The position numbers were made by a program, and so were the translations under genes. From positions 1,104,431 through 1,159,305 of the forward strand of contig JAWQFM010000004.1 of the NCBI GenBank assembly GCA_033442325.1: 54,875 bases of DNA, in the 5' to 3' direction. The notes below the pieces were generated by a model, which saw only the letters and a list, made by a program, of their open reading frames with translations, made no database searches and was not told the origin of the DNA. Positions 13,534-28,210 of this stretch are shown here, one piece after another. The stretch's first letter is position 1, and every line of letters begins with the position of its first letter. The DNA is from Salpingoeca rosetta. Taxonomy: Eukaryota > Protista > Choanoflagellata.

Positions 13534-14881
13534 ATGGCGGCGGGTGTCCTCCCTCTCCTCCCACCGCTCCCACAGCTCCATCATGCTGCCGTTTTGTTGG
13601 CTGTGTTCTTCCTGGTTGTGTGCGCGTGCCGCGTCGAGGCTATCGCCACACCACCAACACCAAACAGGGCCAAGCTGGCGCAAGATGACAGCGGCGCTGT
13701 GCACGTCAACTCGAGTGACCCAGCGACCCAGCCCGTGTTCCTGAATGGCGTCAACGTCGTTTCGGAGATGCAAACGCTGCGTGGAACCGTGGTGGCACAG
13801 CAGAGCATCTTGCAGGCGTACCAGTCAACGGTTCAAGCACAGCAGAGCATGATCGCAGCACAGAACTGCACGCTTCAATCCCAGCAGAGCATGATCGCCG
13901 CTCTTCGAGGCAGGGTGTGTGAGGCGACTGCCAGCACATTTGGGCAGCTTGGCTTGTCTTCATACAAGTGGCGTGGCGGGGTTTTGGCCAACAACGGTCT
14001 CATCTATGCGGCACCTCACAACTCACCTTCCGTCCTCATCATCGATCCCAGAACCAGCACCGCTGACACAACCACAATCTCCGGACTCGGACCGGATCCA
14101 GCCAAGTGGGCGGGTGCCGTGCTGGCACACAACGGCCTCATCTACATGTTCCCATCAAACAGGGAGACGATGCTCATTATCGACCCCGACACCAATACGG
14201 CTGACACCACAAGCATCCACTCGCTTGGCTCGACGAACAGCAAGTGGCTGAGTGGTGTGGTGGCTGACAACAGCCTCATCTTCGGTATTCCATTCGCTGC
14301 GGGCTCTGTGCTGATCATTGATCCCAACACCAACACAGCCGACACCACAACATTGGCTGGGCTGTCGACCCAGGATGCCAAATGGTATGGCGGAGTGCAA
14401 GCAGACAACGGGCTGATCTACTGCATCCCATTGGCCGCATCTTCCGTCCTCATCATCAATCCAGAGTCCTTCACAATGGACCTCACAACCATCAGTGGCT
14501 TCAGTGCAAGCGCCAAGTGGTATGTATGGGGGCGTGCTTGCGCAAAATGGGCTCATCTACACCATCCCATACAGTTCCACGACCACACTCGTCATCAACC
14601 CGACCACCAACACTGCAGAAACCCTCGCCGTGCCCGATTCCGCGGGTTCAGGAAAGTGGGTCGGCGGTGTGCTGGCACCCAACGCCAACATTATCGGCAT
14701 CCCACACGGCTCACCATCAGTCCTTGTCCTCGATCCAGCCACCAACGCAACCGACACAACAACCAGCACCAACTTTGGCGGATCTTCCGAGTGGTTCGAT
14801 GGCGTGCTCGCTGACAATGGCCTTGTCTATGGCATTCCATACACGGCAGATGCAGTGCTCGTCATCGACCCCGGGTGCTGA
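13534..14881 (+). CDS. Secreted, intronless 7-repeat beta-propeller protein, paralog of 752..2067; frameshift from a 4-bp TATG duplication near 14521
   Basis: Signal peptide, then QDDSGAVHVNSSDPATQPVFLNGVNV, heptad repeats (V.AQQS..), and seven KW.GGV.A.NGLIY..P repeats across ORFs 13357..14814 and 14495..14881. Ends VIDPGC*. Confidence 0.85.
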
Positions 14882-15696
14882 TCTGCCCATGCGTTCTCTC
14901 TTTTGTTGGTGACCTAAGGACCCTGCTTCTCTTCCGTTCAGCCGTTCGTGTGCGCGTTCGTTTGCTTGTTTGTTGGTCTTTTTCTGCGTGTCGTGCCGTG
15001 TGCGGATGCGCTTTCCACCCTCGTGTTGCTTTTACTTGGTGCCACGTTTGGCACGATTCTGTTGGATCGCGGTTACGGCCAACACTCCCGTCCCTCGTGT
15101 GTTCTTCCGTTCACCTTGTTTCCTTCCGCTCTTCTTGCTTCTCTCCGATCCCTCGTACTCCTTTCCGTTCCTTCCTGTTCCTTTCCGCTCCTTCCGTTCC
15201 CTGTTTTTCTCGTATTCCCTTGTGTTCTTCGTGTCCTCCTCCACTCACTGTCGCTATCCCAGCTCACGTTCTTCACTCACGTTGCTTTCCGTTGATTCAC
15301 GTTCAGTCACCTCACACACATACATATCCACGGAGTTTGCCACTAACACTTGGACACTGACGACATGCAAACACAGCAGTGTCACCTCATCACCCTCGTT
15401 TTCTTCATGTCAATCAAGCAACAAGCAAGCCTGCAAGCAAGCAAAAGAAGCAAGGTTCACTCGACTTGCCTGCAAGCAACAAAGCGACTGAACTCAGTCG
15501 TTTTCTCCGGACACAATTCCCTTGGTGTTTTGCCGCACACTTCCATTTTGGTGCCGTCCTCTGTCCGACTGTGCCACCGCCCCTCCAAGCTTCCACAACA
15601 CCCGCGTCTTCATCTTCCTACTTCAATCTTCTTGCAGCTCTCTGTTTCATCTGCACCCGGTTCCGTCAAGCAGCCTTGGGCGGCGATACCAACACC

Positions 15697-16693
15697 ATGT
15701 CGACCATGGCTTGGTTCGTATTCTTGCATGAAACGGAGCCTTCCCTGACCGACATTGTCCTCTTGTCCTTAGGTCCTTTGACGAGACAATGGCTGCGTTT
15801 TCCTCGTTCAGTCACTTGTTTGCTTGTTTGCTGCAACACCAGTCATTTCCTGCCTCAGCACCTCACCTCCTCTGTATGCCCTGTGTTGCTTATCACTCTG
15901 CTTTCTGCTTCCCCCTTGTGACTGCCATCATCAGCTGCTTTGGCGGCAAGCGAGGGTCCAGGAGCATCAGACACCATCAAACCTTCCCAAGTGACGGTCA
16001 AGAGAGACAGCAGCCAATTGAAATGGTACGTGAAGGACCCCATTGGGCCAATGTCCTGATGTCACTGTGTTAGGAAAGAAGGAAAGAACATGCAGGCACG
16101 CAGGTGCAGACACAAACCACGCGCACGTACACAAACACACGCACGTACACAAACACGCGCACACACAAACACGCGTACACACATGTACGCACACAGACAC
16201 ACGTTGTGTGAGCATTCTTGTGAACCTTCTTTTGCTGAAATTAATGCACTTGTCACGTTCCGCGCTCTCACATCTCACCCGTGCCCAACGTGCTTACCTG
16301 CTCCTCCCATGCTCGCCCTTGGCAGACACACAAGCAGAGCGAGTCTGTCCTCGACAGGTGAGACGTTTTAACTTGTGGTGAGCTCGCCGGCAGCAGTAGA
16401 TATCTATTCTGCCCTTCTTGTCGTTAGTGCAGCGCTTGCACCGCAAACTTCTCCGCTCACGCAAGCACATGCACCCTGCTCGCAATTCAGGTTCCACTTG
16501 CACGACACAACTGATCCGACGATCACAGAAACCTCTCGAGCATACGGCACTCTTCATTTCTCATCAAACGACAACAAGGTGTCTGCCTGTTTTGTTTGTG
16601 CCTCTGAGTTTGTGTGTTTGTGTGTGTTGTGTTGTGTTGAGTGATTGTGGTTGTGTTGTGTGTTGTGTTGAGTGATTGTGGTTGTGTTGAGTG

Positions 16694-16792
<99 letters not shown>

Positions 16793-17551
16793 TGGGTGGG
16801 TGGGTGTGATTGTGTTGTGTATTGTGTTGAGTGATTGTGATTGTGGTTGTGTTGTGTGCATGTGCATGTGCCAGCCTATTGCGAATCCGTCCGCGTGTTG
16901 TGTTCGACCACCCTTCATGTTCTTCCTTTCCCAAGGCCATCACAGACATGTGCGCGCTGGTTCACCTCTCTCCCTCGTCCTTCCTCTTCACTTGGTCCCA
17001 CATTTCCGTGAACACCAACAGGCACCCTTCCTCTGCCTCTCCAAGGATGATTCGCCGACGGATGCCCTTGAGTTTGTTGAGGCGATGATGAATGCTGGTG
17101 CTCAGCACCGCTTCGTCAAGCCAAACCTGGTTCTGAGCGTTACAGGGGGTGCAACCTCCTTCGCGCTGTCGCGTCACCTGGAAGAAGCGCTGACCAAAGG
17201 CATTTCAAACGTCGTGCGCCGCACAAACGCTTGGGTTGTCACCGGTGGAACACACACAGGTCAGCCAGCTGCTGCAAAGTTGTGTTGTGCTGTGTGTCGT
17301 GTTTCGTATGCTGATTTGCGTCCCATACGTGCACTCATGCATGACGTTGAGCGTGTGCGCTCTATGCGACCGAGCGCCTGCGTGGAGCTTACCCGATTGC
17401 TTGCCAACCCTTCAAATGACGCAGGTGTAATGCGGCTCACTGGCTCCATCATGGACAGCCTCTACAAGAGCCAGAAGAACATTGCATCCCCCACCATCGG
17501 GATCGGTGCGTGTGTACATGCGTGTGTATGTGCACGTGTGCTTTTTGTTTT

Positions 17552-17640
<89 letters not shown>

Positions 17641-17721
17641 TGGGTGTGTGGGTGTGTGGGTGTGGGTGCGTGCGTGCGTGCGTGCGTGCGTGTATATGTA
17701 CACGTGTGCTTTTTGTGTGTG

Positions 17722-17776
<55 letters not shown>

Positions 17777-20170
17777 GTGTGGAGAGGTGCATAATGTGCT
17801 AATGTGTGTGCATGCATGCATAGATCTCTTTCCTTCTCACTTTCCTCACCTTGGCTTAACGTCTCCAATCGTCCGCCTCGACTTGTTATTCTTGCAGCCA
17901 CACTCGGAGTGCTGGCACAGCAAGAGGCGCTGCTGAAGGTGGGTGGCCATGGCTCTGTTAACCTATTTGTTGAAGCATCGGCATGTGTGCGTGCTGCCAA
18001 AGCAAGCCATATTCCCTGACCGCTTGCCTTTTTGCCCAACCGCCACTACTGTCCTCTCACATCTGCTTGTTTGTTGTACTTATCCTGTTGCACGCCCGCA
18101 TGCTCGCATGGACTGGTTCGTTTTGCACACAGGGCGCTACTGTCAACCACGACCTTGCTGGAAAGTCAAAGGGTGTCAACTTGGATCCGAATCACACTTG
18201 CTTCCTCCTCGTTGACGATGGCTCGCGCGGCAAGTTTGGTGTTGAAATCCCCTTCCGCGCCAAGTTGGAAAAGGTACCGCGTCAGAATCATACCTGCACA
18301 TCTGGGCTTGCACACGTAGACACGTGCTTTGTCGTCGATCTCCTGGGTGTTCCGGATTCATGGCAATGTAATGCAATGCCCTCAACTTGATGAGTCAATC
18401 ACACTCTTACCCTCCTCATGTGTGGTTGCAGGCCATCTTCGACAAGTGTCAGGCATCCATAATATCCATCGTGATTCAAGGGGGCGTCGGCACGCTGGAC
18501 ACCGCATTCAACGCCGGTGAGGAACGCGCTGGTGTGCCCCTGACGCGAGAGCTTGCAATACACCTCTTCCTTCTCCCCTCTCCCCTTGCCCTTGTTGAAT
18601 GCCCAACGCCTCAGCTTATCATCGTGCGTGGCGTGACGTGACGATACACCCGCAGTCAAGGAACGCACGCCGCTTGTTGTTGTGAATCATTCTGGGGGAG
18701 CCGCAGACGTGATCGCATACGCCTACTACCTCTTCCACGGCGAAGGGTGATGACGGAGTTTTGCAATGCACCCTGCTTTTGTTGCACGTGTTGTATAGAA
18801 GTGCTCTGTCTGCTGTACGCCCTTTCATTTTCCTGCGCTCACGTTTTATCCTGGGGCTGTGCTCCTTTCTCCCGCGTGCAGCTCTGAGCACTCCTCTCTC
18901 AGCGGCAAGGCATTGGTGGGTCTTGTGAAGAAGGCGTTCAAGCCAAAAACTCAAGCGGACCTGAACAAGATACTCCAGCGCGTCTTCGACTGCGTGCTTG
19001 ACCGCAAAGCTGTGCGTGATCTTGTCCTTCGCATTGCTTCGCCTGCATGCTTGCATGCAGGTGTTTACACTCCCAAGCCAGCAGCTACCCAAGCGAGCCA
19101 GCAAGCAATGCTGTCGCGACTTGCACCTGCTCATTCAACTCTCTTGGCTGTGATGCCTCCTGTGAACCTGTTGCAGGTGTTTGTGTTTGATCTGCACCAA
19201 GGCGGCCCAGAGGAGTTTGAGAACCAGATCTTCGAGGTTTGTCGTGGCGTTCATGGATAGGCGGGATGACTGTGCGCGAGTGGGAGAGGGAGGGAACTGC
19301 GAAGACAATGGAGTTAAGTGTACGTGAACAATGGCACCACATTCCCGCCTTGTTGTTGATGTGCAGCTTCATAGCTCTACCTCGAGACTGACACCAACTC
19401 ACTTCACCCACACCTTGTGACATACTCTCACTCATGCGCACACTCTGTCACGTCGACTGGCTCCCTTTCCCTTTCCGTCTTCATTACTTTCCCGCGCACT
19501 CTTTCGCTTCACTCACTCACTCACTCACTCACTCACACACGCACTCACTCACTCACTCACTCACGTACTCGCACACAAACACGCTCACTCGCACACAAAC
19601 ACGCTCACACACACAAACACACATTGTCGTACCGCACGTGTCAGGCCATCATTTCCACAAATCCCAGTCTCAAAACAACGCTTACCACAGGTGATGTGAT
19701 CTGATCATTGCACAGTGTTCTCATTGTTCTAAACACGCTTGAGTTTTGCTGCCTTACTTGCTTGGTCGGCAGTTCCAGTTGCTCTCAAGTTAACACACTG
19801 CCAACTCTTGAACTTGACTTACTTGCACTTCCAACGACAGCTATGCTGTTTGACCGAATGGACGTCGTGACGCGTCGCCTTAACGAGCAGCACGTCACCG
19901 TGAGTCAAACGCAGACGTGCTCCGCTCTTGCGTGTTTGTCGTGGCAGTGACTGCTGTTGAGCTCAAGCATGAACTGATGGTGTGGTGTCTGTGCGTGCTT
20001 GCAGGAAGAGGAAACAAAAGTGCTCTCGGAACTGCTCAGAACAGCGCTGTCGAGCAACAAGCCCGAATTTGCCAAGCTCCTCCTCAATGCCGGCGCATCT
20101 GTCACAAATGTAAATTACACATGTGTGTGTGAAAGTGTGTGTGTGTGAGAGAGTGTGTGTGAGTGAATGA

Positions 20171-20205
<35 letters not shown>

Positions 20206-21635
20206 AGTGTGTGTCAGTGTGTGTCAGTGCACATATGTGCGCGGAGGTAGGAGTCAGTGTATGTATCTGTGCGAGGAGGTGTGCGTCAATGCATTTGTGT
20301 GTGCGCACTTCACACGCATCATAAGCGGTTCACATGCGACGGTGTCATCACCAAACACTCGCTTTCTCCCTCCCCGATGGGGCTGCAGGTAAACCCCAAG
20401 AAATCGCCAGTGGCTGGCTTCCTCAAGGCCATTGAAGAACTTTACGAGGTGCGTACAAGCTTGGCGTCTGAACATACGCACAACACAGATGCTGTTGAGC
20501 ACGCGTGCGCGCGGGTACACGGCTGACAGCACCCTAGCACCCACACAGTGATTGAGCCCCCTGATCCAAGCCACTTATTTCTTTATTTAACACGCTCACT
20601 CATCTGCAACACACGGCATGCGTTACTTGCTTGCATTGCTGCTTGCGGTGGGTTGCAGGAAGAAGCCGAGCACAACTCGGAAACGCACTTGGTGCGGCTG
20701 GTGCAACTGTCGTACACAAACACGCGCGGCCGGGCACTGTCCTGCCTGAGCATTCTTGGACTCGTTGACGATGCTGAAGAGCGCTCAAACGACGGCGAGT
20801 ACAATGTTGCTCGCATGAGCGAAATCTTGTGGTCCCTCGTTGGCTACAGTGATGAGGATCTCAAGGCCGAAGTGACTTCACATCTCGCCATCAAGTACGT
20901 GTCTGTATGAGTGCGTGTGAGTGCGTAAGTGTGCGTGTGGGAGCTCGAACTTTTTCGTGTTTGTTTATTTGCTTGATATGATTGTCTCTCTTGCTGTGCG
21001 TGTTCTTCTTGCATTCCTCCTGCATTGATTCCGTTGCGCGCTTCATGATAACCGTATCAATTTGACCACCACCAGTTCATTGCGCTGCATTCACGCAAGA
21101 CACTCGCTATGCATGTCCGATGAACACAGGGGCATCATTCACGAGGAGGCTGTCAGGGAGAAGCTTGCACTCAACCTGCTATTTGTACGTGAGGAAAAAG
21201 ATGGGATGAGCTAGGCTGTGCAACAACACTTGGTTTTGCACCCTGGGACTCGCCAAGGCGACCTTACTCTGGCTACACTGCGTGGTTGAGTGGTTTGCCC
21301 GCTCACGCACTCAGTGACTCACGCACTCAGTGACTCGCACACTCAGTGACTCAACCATTCACCTATTTACCTGCCCACATGCTCACCACCTCACTCGCAC
21401 ACGAACACACTCCCTCTCCCTTGCCTATCCCTACCATTGCAGCTGTGGGCCGTCTGTCTGGACCGGTTTGACCTTGCCCGCACGCTTTGGCTGCGCATTG
21501 ACCGGCCCGTCATGAAGGCGTTGGTCGCCAGCCGCATCCTCGCTGCCATGAGCGCACATGCTGCTCTTTCCGGCACGTACTTGGCAGAGGAACGCAAGAT
21601 CATGACCGCCGACTCGAGGTGTGTGTCTGAGTGTG

Positions 21636-21679
<44 letters not shown>

Positions 21680-22583
21680 TGTATGTGTGTATTTGTGTGT
21701 TTGTGTGTATGTGTGTGTTTGTGTGTTTGTGTGTGTGTGTGTGTGCGTGTGCGTGTGTGCATGCATGTGCTTGTGTGTTTGTGTATATGTGTGTTTGTGG
21801 GTGCGTGTGCGTGTGTGTGCGTGCATGTGTGTATGTTGAAACGCACACATGCACACACACACACGCACGCTCACTCACGCTCACTCACGCACTCACGCAC
21901 TCACTCACGCACTCACTCCCTCACGTTCCACACCAGGCGCTTTGAGGACCTTGCTGTTGGAGTGCTGGACCAGGGCTTTAACGACGACACGGACAAGACT
22001 GAGAAGATTCTGAAACCAGACGACGATGAAGGCACCAGCCCCGTACACGTGCGTTTTGCTCCTCAGTATGTACTTTGTACCTCAAACACATGCTGGGTCT
22101 TTGTTGTTGCTGCTACTGCTGTTGCTGTTACATGGCCAACTGCCAGTCTTCTCTTGGGTGCATGCGTTCATGTGGTTGTGACGGCTTTGTTTGCGGGTTT
22201 CATGTCAGGTGGCATACGTGGTCAGCTCGCTTCGCTTCCTGGCGCACCCGGCAACCCAAAAGCTTCTTCAGCGCGAATGGACGGGCAACATCGGCAAGAG
22301 TCTTCCTTTCTTTGCGGTGCGTGTTCGAGTGAGGCTGTCTGCACGCTTGATTTGCAACGTTTATCATTTGCACCGTGTATCATTTGCAACGTGCACGGTC
22401 CTGAGCATGCTTCTCTTGCAACACTGTGTTCCCTCATCTAATGCCCCGCGCGCTGTTGTATGCCGCGATCGCGTTCCTCTCAGGTGGCGTTGGGGCTGCT
22501 CGTGCCGTGCAGTGTGCCACTGTACCTCTACATTTTCCAACCACCCGCTGACATTCAGGTACAACTTTTGTTGAAGAGAGATC

Positions 22584-22618
<35 letters not shown>

Positions 22619-23814
22619 TCTCTGCGTGTGTGTGTCTGTGTGTGTGTCTGCGTGTGTATGTGACAGACAGGGGAGCGATAAACACACACATACACATACG
22701 CGCGCACACATACGCACATATACACAAACGCACACATACGCACGCATACACAAACGCACATATACAAATACGCACACATACACACATGCATATGCACACA
22801 CACGCGCAGTCGCTCATCCTTGTGCTTTGCTCACGTATTAGGAAAAGGGGGCAGAGAGGACTGATGACAAAGACGGAATTCTCAATGACAGCCGCTTCGA
22901 CAAGTTTATGCGCGAAGGCGCGCGCGTGGCCGATACTGCCAAGAAGGCGGTGAAACGACCCATTTCCCTGGGCAGCTTCGTGTACCGCTTCTACATGGCC
23001 CCATCTACCAGGTGCCCTCACGATATCCATTGCCGTTCATGTCGCATGCTGCTACATGTAATGTTCTGGTGTGTAATGGCTTCGCCTGTGTGTCGTTTGT
23101 CTGGCAACCGGCAGATGTCACTCGTTAACGCGAGCCTCAGCTGTGCTTCATGCAGTGTTCATGACTTCCGCACAACTCATTCACGACTGACCCCTGCTGT
23201 TTGCTGTTGCGCCGCAGTTTTGTCTCTGATGCGCTGTCGCACATTGCGCTGTGCCTGCTCTTCTCCTTCTATGTGATGGACGAGATTGCCACGAGCATCA
23301 CCGCTGTTGATGGCGTGCTGATAGCCTGGTTCCTTGCATTCGTGTGCGAGGAGATTCGTCAGGTAAGCGCGCCACATGTTTGTTTACACGAAAGCCACAG
23401 ACATGTTGTTTGGTTTGCTCGTTCATGTCTCTGTGTGTATGTGTGTGTGCTTGTGCTTGTTGTGTTGTGTTGTGTGTGTGTTTGTGTTTGTTGTGTTGTG
23501 TGTGTTTGTGTTTGTTGCGTTATGTGTGTTTGTGTTTGTTGTGTTGTGTGTGTTTGTGTTTGTTGCGTTGTGTGTGTGTGTGTGTGTTGTGCGCGCGCGC
23601 TGAAGAGTTCACGAGAATCACGCATCTCCAATATATTCTTCACACTCTTGTGTTTAGATGTACGACTATGGGATACGCAACTATGTTTCCATCCTCTGGA
23701 ACCAGCTGGACTTGACCTTGCTTGGCCTGTACATCTCCGGGCTCGTTGTTCGTGTCGTTAACCTCGATGACATCTCCCTACAAGTGAGCATCTGTTGGCT
23801 ATTAATGCAAGCTC

Positions 23815-23870
<56 letters not shown>

Positions 23871-26800
23871 ATATGGCAGGTCGTCTGAGTGCTGTGTCTA
23901 GATATTTGACACCATTGGCAAATTCCCTGCCTCGTGGGGACTGTGCCAATGCTGTCGGTTTTGTGCTCGCTGGTGCGCAGCGCACACACAACCTGTTTGT
24001 TATTCTACTCTTTCACCGTCACTCACATTTCACATGCATACACACACACACACACTTTAACATACAAACACACTCACACACTTTCTCTCACACCCGCACA
24101 ATCTCACGCACACACACTTTCTCTCACACTCACACACTCACACTCATTCTGATATGTCGGATGCTTGTTCCTTTTTTCTCTGACAACAGCTTGCAAGCCG
24201 TGGTATCCACACGTTTGTGGCGGTTGCCCTTTGGGTGCGCCTCATGCGCTACTATGCCGTCAGCGCCACGCTGGGCCCGAAACTCATCATGATTGCAGAG
24301 ATGACGAAGGACATCCTCGCGTTTGTCTGTTTCCTCGTCGTGTTCATTCTGGGTTGGTCATCACTGCATACCGTGCGTGTGTTCTGGACACTACGATCTG
24401 AAGGGAGCGTGGCATGTCCCTAACGTGTTGCCAACTGCCGAGTGCTGTCCCTCTCTTCGCTTCAGGCGTAGTTTCGGTATGGCTTCTCACAACACGTCAA
24501 ATTATGTTGCGCGGCATTGCACATGTACGCTGTTCGTTGTCAGCATACGGCGTGGCAGCACAGGCACTGCTGTTTCCTGCGGTCCCCTTTTCTGCAGAGA
24601 AGGTTATCAACGTGCTGTATCGCCCATACTTTCAAATGTATGGCGAGCTTGATCTGGAAGGCCTGCAAGCAGACTCGGGCTGTATGGGCGATTTGGCATT
24701 TTCTCAGTGTCCCCGTGAGGTGTGTGTGCTTTTTTGTGTGCTTTTGTATGTATGTGTGTGTGTGCGTGCCTGTGTGTGTCTGTGCTTTTGTGTGTATATG
24801 CGTATGTGTGGTGTGTGTATTTGTGTATGTGTGCGGTGTGTGTGTGTGCTTTTGTGTTCGTACGTGAGTGTGCGTATGTGTGTGTGTGCATGTGTGTCGT
24901 GCTTGTCGTCGGCGTGTATTGCAATTTGCCTTCTTGCTTGTATTGTGCTCACTCTGGGCGTTTGTCAGCCCCCTCCCTCCATGCTGATACACCTGCCTAG
25001 CTGCCCATCCGCTCCCCTGTCGCCTAACACACGATCATCTCCTTCAACCCCAACAGGAAGTGCGCCTCCTTCCTGTGTTCTTCGCCGTGTACATGCTCAT
25101 CGCCAACATCCTTCTCATCAATTTGCTCATTGGTGAGAGATATGCACATCATGTCTGTCACTGCGTCGCCAACGTACATCCTGACCTGGACCGCAACTCA
25201 CCTGTGCAGTTCAATACACTTGCAGTCTTCACCACACACGTGCATGTAGTGTACATGTGCACACACGCGCGCACGCCCTCACGTAATGTACAAACACGCA
25301 CGCTCACTTGACTCACACCCGACTACAATGCCTCACACACCCCTCCAAACGCGTGCGCGCATACCGCACGCTCACCAACTTGCTTTCTTCTTTGCCGTTG
25401 TGCAGCCATGTTCAATGACACGTACGCCAGAGTGAAGGAAGAGGCGGAGACGCTGTGGCGCAAACAGAACTACGGTTGGTCGCCCTTCGTCTGTTGGATG
25501 CTGTGCGTGACTGTGCACGGTGCACCATGTCGGGTTTTGTCTCATTGCACAAAAGGTGAACTCCATGCACGCCTTCTGTGCCCTACTCACGTCCTCCCAT
25601 TCTCTGCCCGTTTGTATGACCTCGCGGTTGCAGAACTGCTGGACGAGTACCGGCACAAGCCGCTGCTGCCGGCCCCGCTGAGTCTGATCGCCTATGTGGT
25701 GCGCCTTGCTCTGTGGGCCGGAAAGCACGTGCACAAATGCACCTCTTGCTGTGGCCCCACAGAAACCACTGTCGTTGTGCAGCCCAAACGCAACGAATTT
25801 GAGGCCACGTGTGCGGAGCGGCATGTGGAACAGACCGACAAGCAGGCCCGAGAGGCGATCCAGACATGCGTTCTGGACACGAACCGGCGTGTTGCCGGCG
25901 TGCAGGACGGCATCCACGCGATCCTGGACCGCTTGGCGGCGTTTCAGGCGGTGCACGAGCGACATATGACACACCTGCGAAATGCCACCGGCCCCAACCA
26001 CAACGAGCCTGATTTGGGCTTGTCACGCTCGAACAGCGTTTCCTCCCTTCAAGACACCCCGTCCACTGTACGTTTCGACGGCACGTTGCTTGTTCTTTTC
26101 ATCACATGCAACGCACACTTGCGCGCACACGCACACTTGCGCACACACGTTCACACAAATGCACATAAGCGCAATACATACACTCACGCCCATACCCACA
26201 CACAGAACGCACACAACGACACACAGACACACGCACACACACACATACACACATACACACACGCACAAACGCACAAACGCACAAACGCACAAACGCAAAC
26301 GCACAAACGCAAACGCAAACGCACTCACTCAAACACACACGCAAACGCACTCACACACAATACAACGCACAGCGTACATTCATTGACGATGTACCACAAG
26401 CGCATCTATATACACCGGCAAACGTACCTGTGTGTCACAACATAGCTCTTGCATACTTGTCCACGATCTCTCACCATCTTGCCGTCCTTCTGCTCGTTGT
26501 CGGTTGTGTCCCCTGTGGCAACAGAACAAGCGCTTCGGGCCGCCGCCTCCTGTGTTTATTCCCAGTCGCAAATACCCGGTTGCTGATGATGATGTGACAC
26601 GCTGCTCCGTCGACCTCGATTGCGTGCCATGGATTCATGTCTTCCCCGATTATTCGCCAGTCGAGTACACGCATTCGTCCGTGCTGCTGAACCCTAATTG
26701 GGCAGACCCAACGGATCCGAAGGGGATTGGCTTCAACGAGAAGATGAACGGCGTGGACCGCACCTCGTGTGGAGGGGAGTACGAGGTTGACCGGCTGACG

Positions 26801-27376
26801 GGCCGACCCAGACACCCACGCGGACGCACGGGCATGACCGGGCGCGGCCTGCTTGGCAAGTGGGGCGTGAACCAGGCCGGGGACACGGTGGTGACGCGGT
26901 GGCGGCGCGCTTGCGACGGCAGCATCATGGAGCGCGACGGCAAGCGCGTGCTGGAGTTCCTTGCCATCCGCCGCCCAGACAATGGCATGTGGGCCATCCC
27001 TGGCGGCTTCGTGGACAATGGAGAGGAGGTGATCGAGACACTGGGCCGCAAGTTTCTGGAAGAGACCATGGACAAGGCCACGACGGAGCTGACAGATGAC
27101 GAGCGCCACGCGGTGCAGCAGCTGCTCTCTGGTGGCGTGCCTGTGGCGCGCATCTACAGCGAGGACGAACGCAACACGGATAACGCATGGGTCGAGACCA
27201 CCTGCATCAACTTCCACGACGCGACGGGCCACCTCTCGTCCAAGCTGGAATTCAAGCGCAGTGATGAAAATCTGCTAAACGTGGCATGGCTGCCCGTCTT
27301 GGAGCAGCTGGGCCTCTTTGCGTCCCACAGCGAGCTTCTCCGTCGAGTCGCTCGTCACCACGATGCCTACTTCTGA
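15697..27376 (+). CDS. TRPM2: TRPM2-like cation channel with MHR1-4, 6 TM, TRP helix and C-terminal NUDT9-homology (Nudix) domain; more than 25 exons
   Basis: The first four exons join in phase (MSTMACCFGGK...RFHLHD). MHR1/2: [53 protein letters not shown]4: [39 protein letters not shown] region: [18 protein letters not shown], pore [38 protein letters not shown]. Last exon: [44 protein letters not shown]. Probably a paralog rather than the strict ortholog. Confidence 0.95.
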
Positions 27377-28210
27377 ACGCCGCCGCACCTTCACGCACTC
27401 TTGCACCGACAGCGTGTAGTGGGCCTGTGTATTACTGCCCGTGCCTGTGCCTGTGCCTGTGTCTGCTTCGTTCTGCTTTCCCTCTTTTTGCATCTTCTTC
27501 GTTCCTTGACGTTACACGAACACCCATCCAAGTGTCCCTCCCTTTCTTTCTTCCCGTTCACACCAACAAGATGTGGGCATGCGATGTCACGCTCTGCTAC
27601 CCAACATTGCGCTTCTGTTTCCATCCTAATGAAGTCCACGTAGAATCACGATGTGTGTGTGTATGTGCGTTTGTGTACTGAGGTGGGGGCTTGATGAACA
27701 GAATCACACGTCACAAGGGAACTCGACGAGTTGGCAAGCACGTGGGTCGAGTGCTGACGAGCAAAGAGTTACAACAGAACAACACATGAACAGATGAACG
27801 GCTTGCGCAGGAACACAAGCAAACCACAAGGCATGGCCGAGGCTGACCAGAACATCGTTTGTGTACTCAACTCATCCCCTGTTTCTATGTGAACCGCATC
27901 GTTTATGGCTCAATTCCTACAATGTTGTGCCCTTGCTCCTCATGTCATGTAGGATGGCATCCACAACATCTTGTGCAACCACCACTTCAGAAACGTGCCC
28001 CACCTCTTGGAGATCCCTTGCTTTGAAGATCAGCACACAACCCGAATAAAAGTGCGTGCACAACACAAGAGAAGTCATAAGCATTTATGTTCATTCCAAC
28101 CCCATTACAATGTCAAATACGTGATACAAAGTCAACCGACAAAGCTGCACTACCTAATGAACACAAGAACTCATGTCATTCATATCCTGCTTCATCACTC
28201 CAGTCCACAG

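Noticed and set aside
14900-15500. ORFs in the pyrimidine-rich region upstream of the TRPM gene
   Set aside because: Low-complexity intergenic or promoter sequence with no coding signature.
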